A stretch of 32,100 nt of DNA, taken from NCBI GenBank assembly GCA_001816835.1, contig MHDB01000013.1, positions 25,334 through 57,433 on the forward strand. The letters run 5' to 3'. The notes beneath the pieces are model-generated. The model saw only the letters and a list, made by a program, of their open reading frames with translations, was not told where the DNA came from and did not search any database. Both the position numbers and the translations under genes were made by a program. The DNA comes from Candidatus Woykebacteria bacterium RIFCSPLOWO2_01_FULL_43_14. Lineage in GTDB: Bacteria; Patescibacteriota; Microgenomatia; Woykebacterales; 2-01-FULL-43-14. Shown here one piece after another: positions 17,539 to 25,841 of this stretch (positions are counted from its first letter, which is position 1; each line of letters starts with the position of its first letter).

Positions 17539-18794
17539 GAGGCGATATCAGTTCTACTTTGCTTACCGGTAAAGGAGATTTCGGCAACACCCTTGTAGGC
17601 AAGCTTTCTGGCTTGGTTGCCCTTACCTATTCCCACTACGTTTAAGACGCGTCCCCCATTTGTGACTAAGACCGCAGCTTCCTCTTTTGTTCCGGCATGG
17701 AACACCACACATCCCAAACTCTCTGCCCTCTCGATACCGGTGATTGGAAAACCAACCTCATAGTTTTCTGGGTACCCCTGAGAAGTAAGCACAACGCAGA
17801 CTGCTTGATCAGGCGACCAAGAGAGTTCTCCTACCGATGTGCCGTCAAGAAGATCTACCAAGATCTGAGCAAAGTCTGATTCCAAGCGGGTGAGTATTAC
17901 CTGGGCCTCGGGGTCTCCCATACGGGCGTTGAACTCCAGAACCTGAAACCCATCCTCTGTGAAAATAAGGCCTGCATATAGAAAACCAATGAAAGGCGTT
18001 CCTAGACTTCGCATCTTAAGAAGAACTGGATCGACAATGGATGTCATTACTTGTCTAGATCTAGCAGCAGTGACAAAGTTTACTGGCGAGTAACAACCCA
18101 TCCCGCCGGTATTGAAGCCTTGATCACCGTCTCCCACCCGTTTGTAGTCTCGGGCCGGGCCAAAAGCAACTGTTTCATTGATGCCTACAAGGACGAAGAA
18201 GGAAACTTCTTCACCGACCAAAAATTCCTCGATTACCACATGGTCCCCAGCTTGGCCAAAAGCTTTTTGTGTCATGATCTGATGTATTGCTTCCTGAGCC
18301 TCTCCTATTGTTTTAGTGATAAAGACACCCTTGCCTAACGCAGCACCATCAGCTTTTATGACTAAAGGCTGGTCTGGGTAGCTGTCAAAATGAGCCTCCA
18401 CATAACCCAAAGCTTCTGACACGTTGCTAAAAACATCAAACCCAGCAGTTGGAATCCCAAGTTCTGATAGCAGTTCTTTGGAAAAGACTTTACTCCCCTC
18501 TAGCTTTGCACCAGCCGTGTCAGGACCAAAGAAACGAAAATCGGTTGCTCTCAATAGATCGCCGAGTCCACCATATAGTAGGTCTTCAGGCCCAGAGATA
18601 ACCAGGTCAGGTTGCAGTTCGTGAGCTAATCTAAGATAATCCTCCGGTTGATAACTAGCCATTTCTATACAAGTAGCATATCTTGCTATTCCGGGGTTTC
18701 CTGGGGATACGAATACTTGGTTGTTGGGGTTCTTCGCGACGGCCCAGGCCAGAGCGCTTTCTCTACCACCTTTACCAGGGATTAGTACTCTCAC
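17526..18794 (-). CDS. purD: Phosphoribosylamine--glycine ligase (GAR synthetase)
   Basis: GKGGRESALAW, PGNPG, LEGSKVFSK, VIKADGAALGKGV, DYKRVGDGDQGFNTGGMGCYSP, LEFNARMGDPEAQ, FHAGT, TNGGRVL. Confidence 0.97.
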   Translation of the reverse strand: MRVLIPGKGGRESALAWAVAKNPNNQVFVSPGNPGIARYATCIEMASYQPEDYLRLAHELQPDLVISGPEDLLYGGLGDLLRATDFRFFGPDTAGAKLEGSKVFSKELLSELGIPTAGFDVFSNVSEALGYVEAHFDSYPDQPLVIKADGAALGKGVFITKTIGEAQEAIHQIMTQKAFGQAGDHVVIEEFLVGEEVSFFVLVGINETVAFGPARDYKRVGDGDQGFNTGGMGCYSPVNFVTAARSRQVMTSIVDPVLLKMRSLGTPFIGFLYAGLIFTEDGFQVLEFNARMGDPEAQVILTRLESDFAQILVDLLDGTSVGELSWSPDQAVCVVLTSQGYPENYEVGFPITGIERAESLGCVVFHAGTKEEAAVLVTNGGRVLNVVGIGKGNQARKLAYKGVAEISFTGKQSRTDIASKVL

Positions 18795-18824
18795 CTATCA
18801 CTCTCCTTGTGTTTCGGCGTTTGT

Positions 18825-18833
18825 ATTATAGCA
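18825..18833 (-). promoter_or_regulatory. Extended -10 promoter of purD
   Basis: TGcTATAAT on the minus strand, followed by an AAGGAG SD before the GTG. Confidence 0.65.
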
Positions 18834-19003
18834 TTAACGCGACTTTGCTGATTAAAAATTGCTCAAAGAACTTTCCTCCCACCAAGGTGAGGGCTGTTTA
18901 CGTTTCTCCGCGAAAGCGAGTTTTTATGCCTTAATTTTAGTTGCATTTGTTAAGGCAAATCTTAAGGAGAAGATCATAGGGTTTTACTACAAGCTTGATC
19001 TTG

Positions 19004-19046
19004 TGGTATAATGCCCGCGATTAAGAGGTGTGTGAAAAATTTCACA
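19004..19046 (+). promoter_or_regulatory. Extended -10 promoter plus downstream palindromic operator candidate
   Basis: TGgTATAAT at 19004-19012; TGTGAA-AAAT-TTCACA at 19031-19046. Confidence 0.65.
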
Positions 19047-19141
19047 TCCCTCATAATCATCCCGCCAGAATCTGGCGTTTCCGAGCTCTCAAGGTTCGGA
19101 GGCACCTGACAACTGAATACCAAAAGTCGAAAGAGGGAGAG

Positions 19142-20107
19142 ATGACAACTACCCCTAACTCTCAAGCCTATAATGGAAGAACTTATGAGCAAGCGCTACA
19201 AGAGAGAAATGATTGGTTGACTAAACTTGCTGAGGCCGTTAAAGCAAAAGTAATAGAACTTGGGTTTAAGAAGCTAGATAGAAGAGGAAGAGCGCCGTCC
19301 GATTTTGGTGCGGCTCTTAAGCCAAAACACGCCAGTACCTGGCTTTCCATTATCGGAGCACGTAGCGTTTTGGAGAATCAGTTAGAAATTTACGCCCGGC
19401 TTTATTTTCTCGGAATTCTAGATGCAAACCCCACCAAAATTCCTCCCCGTCCCAGCAGAAATCCGAAAGGCGGTTTTAGTCTTAGGCCAGTTGCGTGGGA
19501 CGAAGAGCGATTGAATAGGTACCTTGCTGAACATAAAGAGGAACTCGAAGAATTGAGGTCAGTAGTTGGGCAACCAACCCAGAGGGCCGCCGGTCGTACT
19601 GGTGGGACTAGACGTTCTCGCCAAAGACGGGTACATATCACTGCCACAGAACTTGTGAGTGATCAAGTGCATAGAGTATTAGCGGAGCCACCAACAGCTG
19701 CGGCGCCAACTATAACTCAACCAAGGGTTGGTTTGCTCGAGGAACTGGGGGCTTTAGTAACTAATTTGTCAGCCGAGTGGGGTCGGAATTTCGGACGAGA
19801 ACTGGGTGCCGCTTTTTCCGCGGAAGCTCTCAAGACTTTACAACATCTGCATGTACCAGTTGCGGCGATAGAACCAAATAGTTCACATCAAGAAGTAGCA
19901 TCAAGTGGCTCGGTACAAAGTATGTTAGATGGTTTAAACCGAGTATTGGAGACTTTGATGGGTGGTACTCCCGAAATGAGAGACCAGTTCATTAAACAGT
20001 ATGCTGAAGGGGTCAGACAAGCCTATTCTAAACTGGCCATTCTGACTCTGGACCCAGACCAAAGGGAAGACTCCCTGAAAGAAACAAGGAGATGGAAGCC
20101 CAAGTGA
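19142..20107 (+). CDS. Hypothetical protein (321 aa), possible N-terminal HTH-like domain; gene 1 of the GHKL operon
   Basis: Long ORF, ATG preceded by GAGGGAG, 16-nt overlap with the next gene. No recognised family. Confidence 0.8.
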   Translation: MTTTPNSQAYNGRTYEQALQERNDWLTKLAEAVKAKVIELGFKKLDRRGRAPSDFGAALKPKHASTWLSIIGARSVLENQLEIYARLYFLGILDANPTKIPPRPSRNPKGGFSLRPVAWDEERLNRYLAEHKEELEELRSVVGQPTQRAAGRTGGTRRSRQRRVHITATELVSDQVHRVLAEPPTAAAPTITQPRVGLLEELGALVTNLSAEWGRNFGRELGAAFSAEALKTLQHLHVPVAAIEPNSSHQEVASSGSVQSMLDGLNRVLETLMGGTPEMRDQFIKQYAEGVRQAYSKLAILTLDPDQREDSLKETRRWKPK

Positions 20108-22113
20108 TTAAACCACCTAGCTCACTAAGGCTTAGACTAGTCACGCAAACCACGATTCAATACTTAGCCGGCTTCAACGACAACCCGCAAGAGGCCTTAA
20201 AAGAAAGTGTGGCCAATGCTTTGGATGCCAATGCCAAAAAAATTTGGGTGGAGGTAAGTCGTATAAATGGAGAAATGCGCTTAGTTGTATGTGATGACGG
20301 TGACGGTATTCTTGATCGTATGTTTGAACATGACACCCTAAGACTGGATCAAGCTTACGCTGATCAGGTAAAGGGAGTGGCAGTAGATTTCGAAGAACTT
20401 AAAAGGGAACTCTCCCCAGTCTCCCGACACTCTTTTGAGTACATGGTAGGGGCTATTGGTTTATCGGCTAAGACCCCTGGTCAAGGGAAAATTGGGATGC
20501 GCGGCTTTGGTGGGACGACTGCGCCTTATAGTTATGCTCACGGGAAGGTGGTCTACAACACCCGACCTTCGTTAGAACTTGCTCGGAGTCGCTACCCAAA
20601 TCTTAAACGAGAGCCAGAAGTGGCTAATTATCGCCTAGACATGGGTGGTAGAGAGAGCATTGGGATCATTGATCCGGTTCTTAGTTTAGTGGACTCTCCA
20701 CCGACCGATCCGTATCGGAAGCCTTTGGTTCATGGAACGAGGTTAGAAATTTACGGCGTCGATCCCGACTTCGAGTTCTTTTTAAGGCCTGAGGCCCTTG
20801 CGGAGTACTTTAAGAGAAATTTGGGTCAGGCTCTTAGAATTAGAAACGCCGATTTGGTAATTGTTGATAAGCTTTCTGATAAGGGTTTGGCTACCGGTGG
20901 GATCGAGCATCGGGTAGAACCACCGGTGTACAAGGGGTACCAAATCTTTACTGGGACTCTGTTTGTAGAGGGAGGCGCTCCTTTTAATGCTGATCTGTTT
21001 CTTGATCCTTCAGAGAGAACTCCAGAAATAGAGCTTTATCGAAGAGGGGATCGCGCTGGTTCGCTCTTTCCTCGTAACGCCGCCCAGGATATCGCTTTCA
21101 AGGAGGATCCACTCCTAAGGAAACTCTTGGATAGCGTCTTTAAGAGGCTAAAGGGTGTTCTCCACTTTCCCCAAACAGGTGACTTTGAGGATGATTCTGA
21201 TTGTTGGGATACTTCCAAGAAACGTCTCCTTTTCAATTCACCAAAAAGTCGTAGATTTGTGGCGGCTCTGCTTAAGCGTGAAACGGAATTCGCTGAGATA
21301 GTTAGGAGGACTTTAGAGCAAATTGATGAGCGAAGAGAAGGAGAGCAAGCCAGGATACTTGGTGATGCCCTGACTGCTGCGATTCGGGAAACGGACTATT
21401 TCCGAAACAAACTTGGGGTAAAGGAGGAAGAACCTAAGCGAAAGATAAAGCCAGGAAAGGGACCTACCAGGGGACCTAGCAAAGGAACTTATAAGTTGGA
21501 GTACGTGATTGTTTCGGTCAGGAACCAGAATGGTGAGGGGGTGTCAGGTATCCCCGTTCAGATTTGGCAGAGTGGTCAGATGCTTGGCGAGCCTAGGATA
21601 ACTAAGAATAGCGGCTCAGTCTCCTTTGGCAAAAAACCAAAGGGAGCATACCGGGCAACTATTGCTTTACCACTCGAAATCACAGCACCTCTAACCTCAG
21701 CCAGCTTTGAGTTGCCAGAGGATAACGAAGGAGTCAGAGTGTCTTTTAGAGTAACGACACCGGTTCAAGTCGGTACCGGAGTGGTGAAGATTCCGGATAT
21801 CATCCCGATTATTCGACCTTTTAGTAACGCTGAGGATGATCCCGAATCGCCTTGGCACAGCCGGATGAATCTTGGGATGGTGGAAATAAACAATTCCCAC
21901 CCTGTTTATCGGGAAGCGGAGGCCAAGGGAGATTGGACGAGATTAGCTTATCAGGTCCACTGTTTGTCCTCAGCGGTCGCAAACCACGCCGGGGCCGGAG
22001 ATAGAGCTTTGACGGTGCAAATGTCGACGATACTTTTTGCCAGGCTTATGTTTAATGCTCAAGAAACTGAGCGGGCAGCTCGGGCCAAAAGTGCCGCTAA
22101 CCGTCGCAAATAG
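20092..22113 (+). CDS. GHKL (MORC/Hsp90/MutL-like) ATPase with an Ig-like segment and EINxxHP C-terminal motif
   Basis: N-box EALKESVANALDA, G1 VCDDGDGI, G2 GKIGMRGFGG, G3 HGTRLEI; C-terminal VEINNSHPVY. Confidence 0.88.
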   Translation: MEAQVIKPPSSLRLRLVTQTTIQYLAGFNDNPQEALKESVANALDANAKKIWVEVSRINGEMRLVVCDDGDGILDRMFEHDTLRLDQAYADQVKGVAVDFEELKRELSPVSRHSFEYMVGAIGLSAKTPGQGKIGMRGFGGTTAPYSYAHGKVVYNTRPSLELARSRYPNLKREPEVANYRLDMGGRESIGIIDPVLSLVDSPPTDPYRKPLVHGTRLEIYGVDPDFEFFLRPEALAEYFKRNLGQALRIRNADLVIVDKLSDKGLATGGIEHRVEPPVYKGYQIFTGTLFVEGGAPFNADLFLDPSERTPEIELYRRGDRAGSLFPRNAAQDIAFKEDPLLRKLLDSVFKRLKGVLHFPQTGDFEDDSDCWDTSKKRLLFNSPKSRRFVAALLKRETEFAEIVRRTLEQIDERREGEQARILGDALTAAIRETDYFRNKLGVKEEEPKRKIKPGKGPTRGPSKGTYKLEYVIVSVRNQNGEGVSGIPVQIWQSGQMLGEPRITKNSGSVSFGKKPKGAYRATIALPLEITAPLTSASFELPEDNEGVRVSFRVTTPVQVGTGVVKIPDIIPIIRPFSNAEDDPESPWHSRMNLGMVEINNSHPVYREAEAKGDWTRLAYQVHCLSSAVANHAGAGDRALTVQMSTILFARLMFNAQETERAARAKSAANRRK

Positions 22114-22167
22114 CTTAATTACTCTTTTCTTTTTGGGGGTCCGGGATTGCGTGAGAAGGGAGGAAAG

Positions 22168-22932
22168 ATGGACCAGCAGCAAAACCAAACCCGACAACGT
22201 CTGCACACGAGCAGACTGCGTCTAGCAAGACTAATCAGACGGATTACTTTAAGAAGAGCCAAAGAGCTCATAGCTTTAAATTTTGCCAGAAGATACGAGA
22301 AGATTTTGGCCCAAGCCATGAAAGACTTGGACACGGCTGGCACTTTGAATATACCTGATGTTGAGCGCTTGATGAGGGAAGTAGTAGAGACTTTGACAGG
22401 AGTTTTTAGCGCCGAAGGAGAAGGTATGGAGATACTTATTCCTTCGGACGCAAGTGCGCTCGGAGATAATCTGGGTGTGGTACCTACCCCGAGGCAGAAG
22501 AAACCCCCACGGAAAGGGAAAAAACTAGTACTTAAAACTACTGACCACGGAGCCAATATAGTAGCGTTTAACTTTGGAGAAAAACCTCCGGCCGAGACTT
22601 TTGAAAGTGCTCTGCGTCGGACCTTTGGAGAAGGCTGGGAATCAAAAACAATTGCTGTAATGGGTCATGGCCCAGGTAGAATTGAACAAAGAACTTTTGC
22701 TCAGGATGTAGCTCTTGGGTCTGGGAGTGTCTTAAGAAGGTACGTTAGTACCACTATAAGCAATCTTTTGATTATGAAAAAAGGATTACCTCCAGGGGCA
22801 ATCGTTGGTTCTCAGCTCCAGCGTTTATTTGCCCAGCTTAACGAAACTCTACGTTGGGATGATATCCCCCCAACCATAAATAAATGGGGCATTAAGCTTG
22901 AAGATCAAGGAGAAGAGGCCGCACAGAGCTAG
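22168..22932 (+). CDS. Hypothetical basic protein (254 aa); gene 3 of the GHKL operon
   Basis: ATG preceded by GGGAGGA; Arg-rich N-terminal helix and RQKKPPRKGKK linker; terminator at the stop. Confidence 0.8.
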   Translation: MDQQQNQTRQRLHTSRLRLARLIRRITLRRAKELIALNFARRYEKILAQAMKDLDTAGTLNIPDVERLMREVVETLTGVFSAEGEGMEILIPSDASALGDNLGVVPTPRQKKPPRKGKKLVLKTTDHGANIVAFNFGEKPPAETFESALRRTFGEGWESKTIAVMGHGPGRIEQRTFAQDVALGSGSVLRRYVSTTISNLLIMKKGLPPGAIVGSQLQRLFAQLNETLRWDDIPPTINKWGIKLEDQGEEAAQS

Positions 22933-22958
22933 TGAATTTTCACTAGCTCTTCTTTTTT
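22925..22958 (+). terminator. Intrinsic terminator closing the three-gene operon
   Basis: AGAGCTAGTGAA-TT-TTCACTAGCTCT then TCTTTTTT; the stem includes the TAG stop. Confidence 0.85.
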
Positions 22959-22965
22959 GGCAAAA

Positions 22966-22994
22966 TTGACTTTTCGGCTGTCAAAATCTAATAT
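22966..22994 (+). promoter_or_regulatory. Sigma70-type promoter of the PMM/PGM gene
   Basis: TTGACT-N17-TAATAT, then an AGGAGG SD. Confidence 0.65.
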
Positions 22995-23016
22995 GGAGGG
23001 ACTGTAGGAGGTACTT

Positions 23017-24411
23017 ATGCCAATTTTGAAAAGAACCATGTTCCGTGAGTATGACCTTAGAGGTCGTGAGTCTGAAGATGAGTTAAACGACTCGTCAGTT
23101 TACTATGTAGGTCGTGGTTTCGGAGCCTTCCTCTCCAAACGAGGTATTAAGGAAGCGGTTGTTGGTCACGATGCCCGTGCTACCTCCGAAAGTTTTCAAG
23201 CAAACATCATCAAAGCTCTCAATGAATCCGGGATTGATGTTGTTGATATCGGCACAGTAACAACCCCAATGAGTTACTGGTCACAGTACCATTTTAAAGT
23301 CAAAGGTTTGGTAATGGTTACTGCCAGCCACAACCCTGTAGGTTGGAATGGAGTAAAACTTGGTTGTGACCTTTCCTATACGCTTCTCACCGACGAGATG
23401 AACGAAGTTTACGACACTATTTGTAAAGAGGAATTTGTTAATGGTTCTGGCAGTGTGCGGAAAGAAGACATTCTTGAGGAATATGTAAAAGATCTAACCT
23501 CTCGCGCCAAAATTACCAAAAAATTTAAAGTTCTTGTTAATACCGGTAATGGCACAGCAGGCCTACTTGCTCCAAAGCTTTTATCAGCAGCTGGGTGTGA
23601 CGTAGTAGAGCATTTCACCAATATTGATCCGACATACCCCAACTACACGGCTAATCCAGATGGTACAGCTATGATGGAAGATACCGGCAAGCAAACCTTG
23701 GCTAACAAGTGTGATTTGGGTTTTGCTTTCGATGGTGATGGGGATAGGTTGGGATTAGTGGACGAAAAAGGTCAAACCGTCTGGCCGGACCGCTACATTA
23801 TTTTGCTCTCTCGACTGGTTCTTTCCAAAAACCCTGGGGCAAAAATAGTTTTTGATGTCAAAGTTTCGGAAGCTCTACCTGAGGACATCAAAGCCCACGG
23901 TGGTATCCCGATTATGTGGAAAACAGGGCATTCTCACATCAAGGCCAAATTGGCTGCGGAAAAAGCGGCTTTAGCTGGCGAAGCGAGTGGTCATATATTC
24001 TTTGTTGATGATTTTTACGGGTTTGATGACGCCACCTTCGCAGCTTTGAAAATATTAGAGTACCTCTCGTTAGAGAATAAACCTGTGTCAGAAGTAATCG
24101 CTGGAACCCCTTCTTACGTTTCTACACCCACTATCCAAGTCAAGACGACAGACGAAGATAAGTATAAGGTGGTGGAAGAAGTGACTAAAGAATTCAAAGA
24201 CGAGGGTTACAATGTGGTAGATATTAATGGGGCTAGGGTTTATACCGAGGGTGGTTGGGGACTTGTGAGAGCTTCCTCTAACACCCCGACCTTAGTTTTG
24301 AGATTTGAGGCTAAAACCCAACAGAATTTGGAGAAGATCCAAGCACTTTTCAGACAGAAACTTGCGCGTTTTGACGTTGTTAGCAAAGACTGGGACAGCT
24401 CCGGCCACTAA
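23017..24411 (+). CDS. Phosphomannomutase/phosphoglucomutase (AlgC-like alpha-D-phosphohexomutase)
   Basis: FREYDLRG, TASHNP (phosphoserine), FDGDGDR (metal), AGEASGH (sugar), LVRASSNTP. Confidence 0.96.
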   Translation: MPILKRTMFREYDLRGRESEDELNDSSVYYVGRGFGAFLSKRGIKEAVVGHDARATSESFQANIIKALNESGIDVVDIGTVTTPMSYWSQYHFKVKGLVMVTASHNPVGWNGVKLGCDLSYTLLTDEMNEVYDTICKEEFVNGSGSVRKEDILEEYVKDLTSRAKITKKFKVLVNTGNGTAGLLAPKLLSAAGCDVVEHFTNIDPTYPNYTANPDGTAMMEDTGKQTLANKCDLGFAFDGDGDRLGLVDEKGQTVWPDRYIILLSRLVLSKNPGAKIVFDVKVSEALPEDIKAHGGIPIMWKTGHSHIKAKLAAEKAALAGEASGHIFFVDDFYGFDDATFAALKILEYLSLENKPVSEVIAGTPSYVSTPTIQVKTTDEDKYKVVEEVTKEFKDEGYNVVDINGARVYTEGGWGLVRASSNTPTLVLRFEAKTQQNLEKIQALFRQKLARFDVVSKDWDSSGH

Positions 24412-24453
24412 AGAGTGGACAAGGTACGCTCAAAATCGTATAGTATACACAGT

Positions 24454-25461
24454 ATGAAGTTAGAAAAGGTACTTATTATCCTGACCCTTTCGGTGGTTAT
24501 TATTTTACTTTCAGCTGTGAGGATCGGTGAGTATTTTGGAAGCATCTCCAGCGTCCCAACCCCCAAGAACCCAGATTCCTCAGTCCCAGCTTCTCAAGAA
24601 GAGATAAAACCTCTGGAGCAAGAGCTCCAGCTGACATTTGACACTAAAACTGCGAGTAAAGATCCTTTTAACGATTCAAACGGCCCTTTTTATCATGATG
24701 TTAACCTGGCGACCTCCATTGACGGTGTAAATTTTGCTTTTGATTCATTGGTACTGGAAAAAGCTTCCGTGCCGGATGTGGTCAGATTAGCTGACTCCAC
24801 CTTGGCCATTTATGCAGTGGATGGGTCTGGGAGATCTAAATCGGGGTTGATGGTTGCTATCTCCAAAGATGAAGGTCAGACTTGGCAACAAGGGTCAGTC
24901 CAGTTTGATTCCTTAGTTCCAGGGGCAGCTGACCCAGATGTGGTCGTGCTGCCTGATGGTAAAATAAGACTTTATTTTGTAGTTTTTGAGGATGTAGAGA
25001 ATAAGACAGTAGTACCAACCAATATGGTAAAAAGTGCTACCTCTTCAGATGGGGTAAACTTCAGTTTGGAATCCGGTGAGAGGCTTAAATATAGCAACCT
25101 TACGGATCCAGACGTTGTAAAGATAGGAAACTCATGGTTCATGTACTTCTCGCAAGGGGCCAAACTGTTGGCTGCTATCTCAAGTAATGGCTTAAGTTTT
25201 AAGTATCAGAAAGATATTCGCTCACTTGGTAGTGTTTCTAGCACAGTTAAAATAACTGAGGAGACTTACCGCCAATTTTACTGCAACAATGGTATAAAAA
25301 GCGCAACTTCCATTGATGGGCTTAGTTGGAAAGACGATGCAGGCTATAGACTTAAGCCAGGAACTAAAGAATTTGTTTGTGACCCCGCCCCTCTCAAAAC
25401 AGAGGGTGACAATTGGCTTATGTACTACAAAGTAGCCAAAGTTAGTGAGTCTAAACAATGA
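24454..25461 (+). CDS. Membrane-anchored or exported five-bladed beta-propeller, glycoside hydrolase/sialidase-like
   Basis: N-terminal hydrophobic helix; five repeats of S-x-[DN]-G-x-x-[FW] (one SKDEGQTW Asp-box), mostly followed by DP-x-V...[LM]Y. Confidence 0.75.
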   Translation: MKLEKVLIILTLSVVIILLSAVRIGEYFGSISSVPTPKNPDSSVPASQEEIKPLEQELQLTFDTKTASKDPFNDSNGPFYHDVNLATSIDGVNFAFDSLVLEKASVPDVVRLADSTLAIYAVDGSGRSKSGLMVAISKDEGQTWQQGSVQFDSLVPGAADPDVVVLPDGKIRLYFVVFEDVENKTVVPTNMVKSATSSDGVNFSLESGERLKYSNLTDPDVVKIGNSWFMYFSQGAKLLAAISSNGLSFKYQKDIRSLGSVSSTVKITEETYRQFYCNNGIKSATSIDGLSWKDDAGYRLKPGTKEFVCDPAPLKTEGDNWLMYYKVAKVSESKQ

Positions 25462-25841
25462 AAACTATAAATCAAACGTATGTGATAAAAGCCACTCCAA
25501 AAGAAATATGGCGTGCTTTGGTAGATCCAGATCATATTGAGGTCTGGAGTGGTGGTAAAGCTAAGATGAGTGACAAGCAGGGTGTGCCATTTGAGTTATG
25601 GGATGGAGATATCTACGGTACTAACCTGGAGGTGGTTACCAATAAAAAACTGGTTCAAGAGTGGTACGGTGGCGACTGGGATAAGCCTTCCAAGGTAACC
25701 TTTGTGCTCACCGCCCTTGGCCCGGAGCAAACTCAGGTCGCCCTTCTCCACGAAAACGTGCCTGATAAAGAAGCCCATGATATAGAAGACGGTTGGAAGA
25801 GATACTACTTGGGGGAGATAAAGAAGTATCTGGAGCAGTAA
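25458..25841 (+). CDS. SRPBCC/AHSA1-like (START fold) domain protein
   Basis: IKATPKEIWRALVDP, KKLVQEW, SKVTF, GWKRYYLGEIKKYLE. Confidence 0.9.
   Translation: MKTINQTYVIKATPKEIWRALVDPDHIEVWSGGKAKMSDKQGVPFELWDGDIYGTNLEVVTNKKLVQEWYGGDWDKPSKVTFVLTALGPEQTQVALLHENVPDKEAHDIEDGWKRYYLGEIKKYLEQ

Noticed and set aside
19028-19141. N-terminal extensions in the ORF track (also rplC 1101, rplD 1888, rplW 2549, rpoA 14558, 22147, 24415, 31876)
   Set aside because: Downstream ATGs fit SD motifs, promoter positions or homolog lengths better.
20092-22113. Calling the ATPase HtpG, MutL, GyrB or a histidine kinase
   Set aside because: It lacks the family signatures (GQFGVGFYS, GFRGEAL, GGLHGVG, H-box); only the generic GHKL motifs are present.
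16907-22958. Integrative element or prophage carrying TA, purD and the GHKL operon
   Set aside because: No integrase, transposase, tRNA target or flanking direct repeats were seen.
25458-25841. AHSA1 ('activator of Hsp90 ATPase') domain as a partner of the GHKL ATPase
   Set aside because: Bacterial SRPBCC/AHSA1 proteins are ubiquitous ligand-binding folds. The gene is in a different transcription unit, coupled to the propeller gene.
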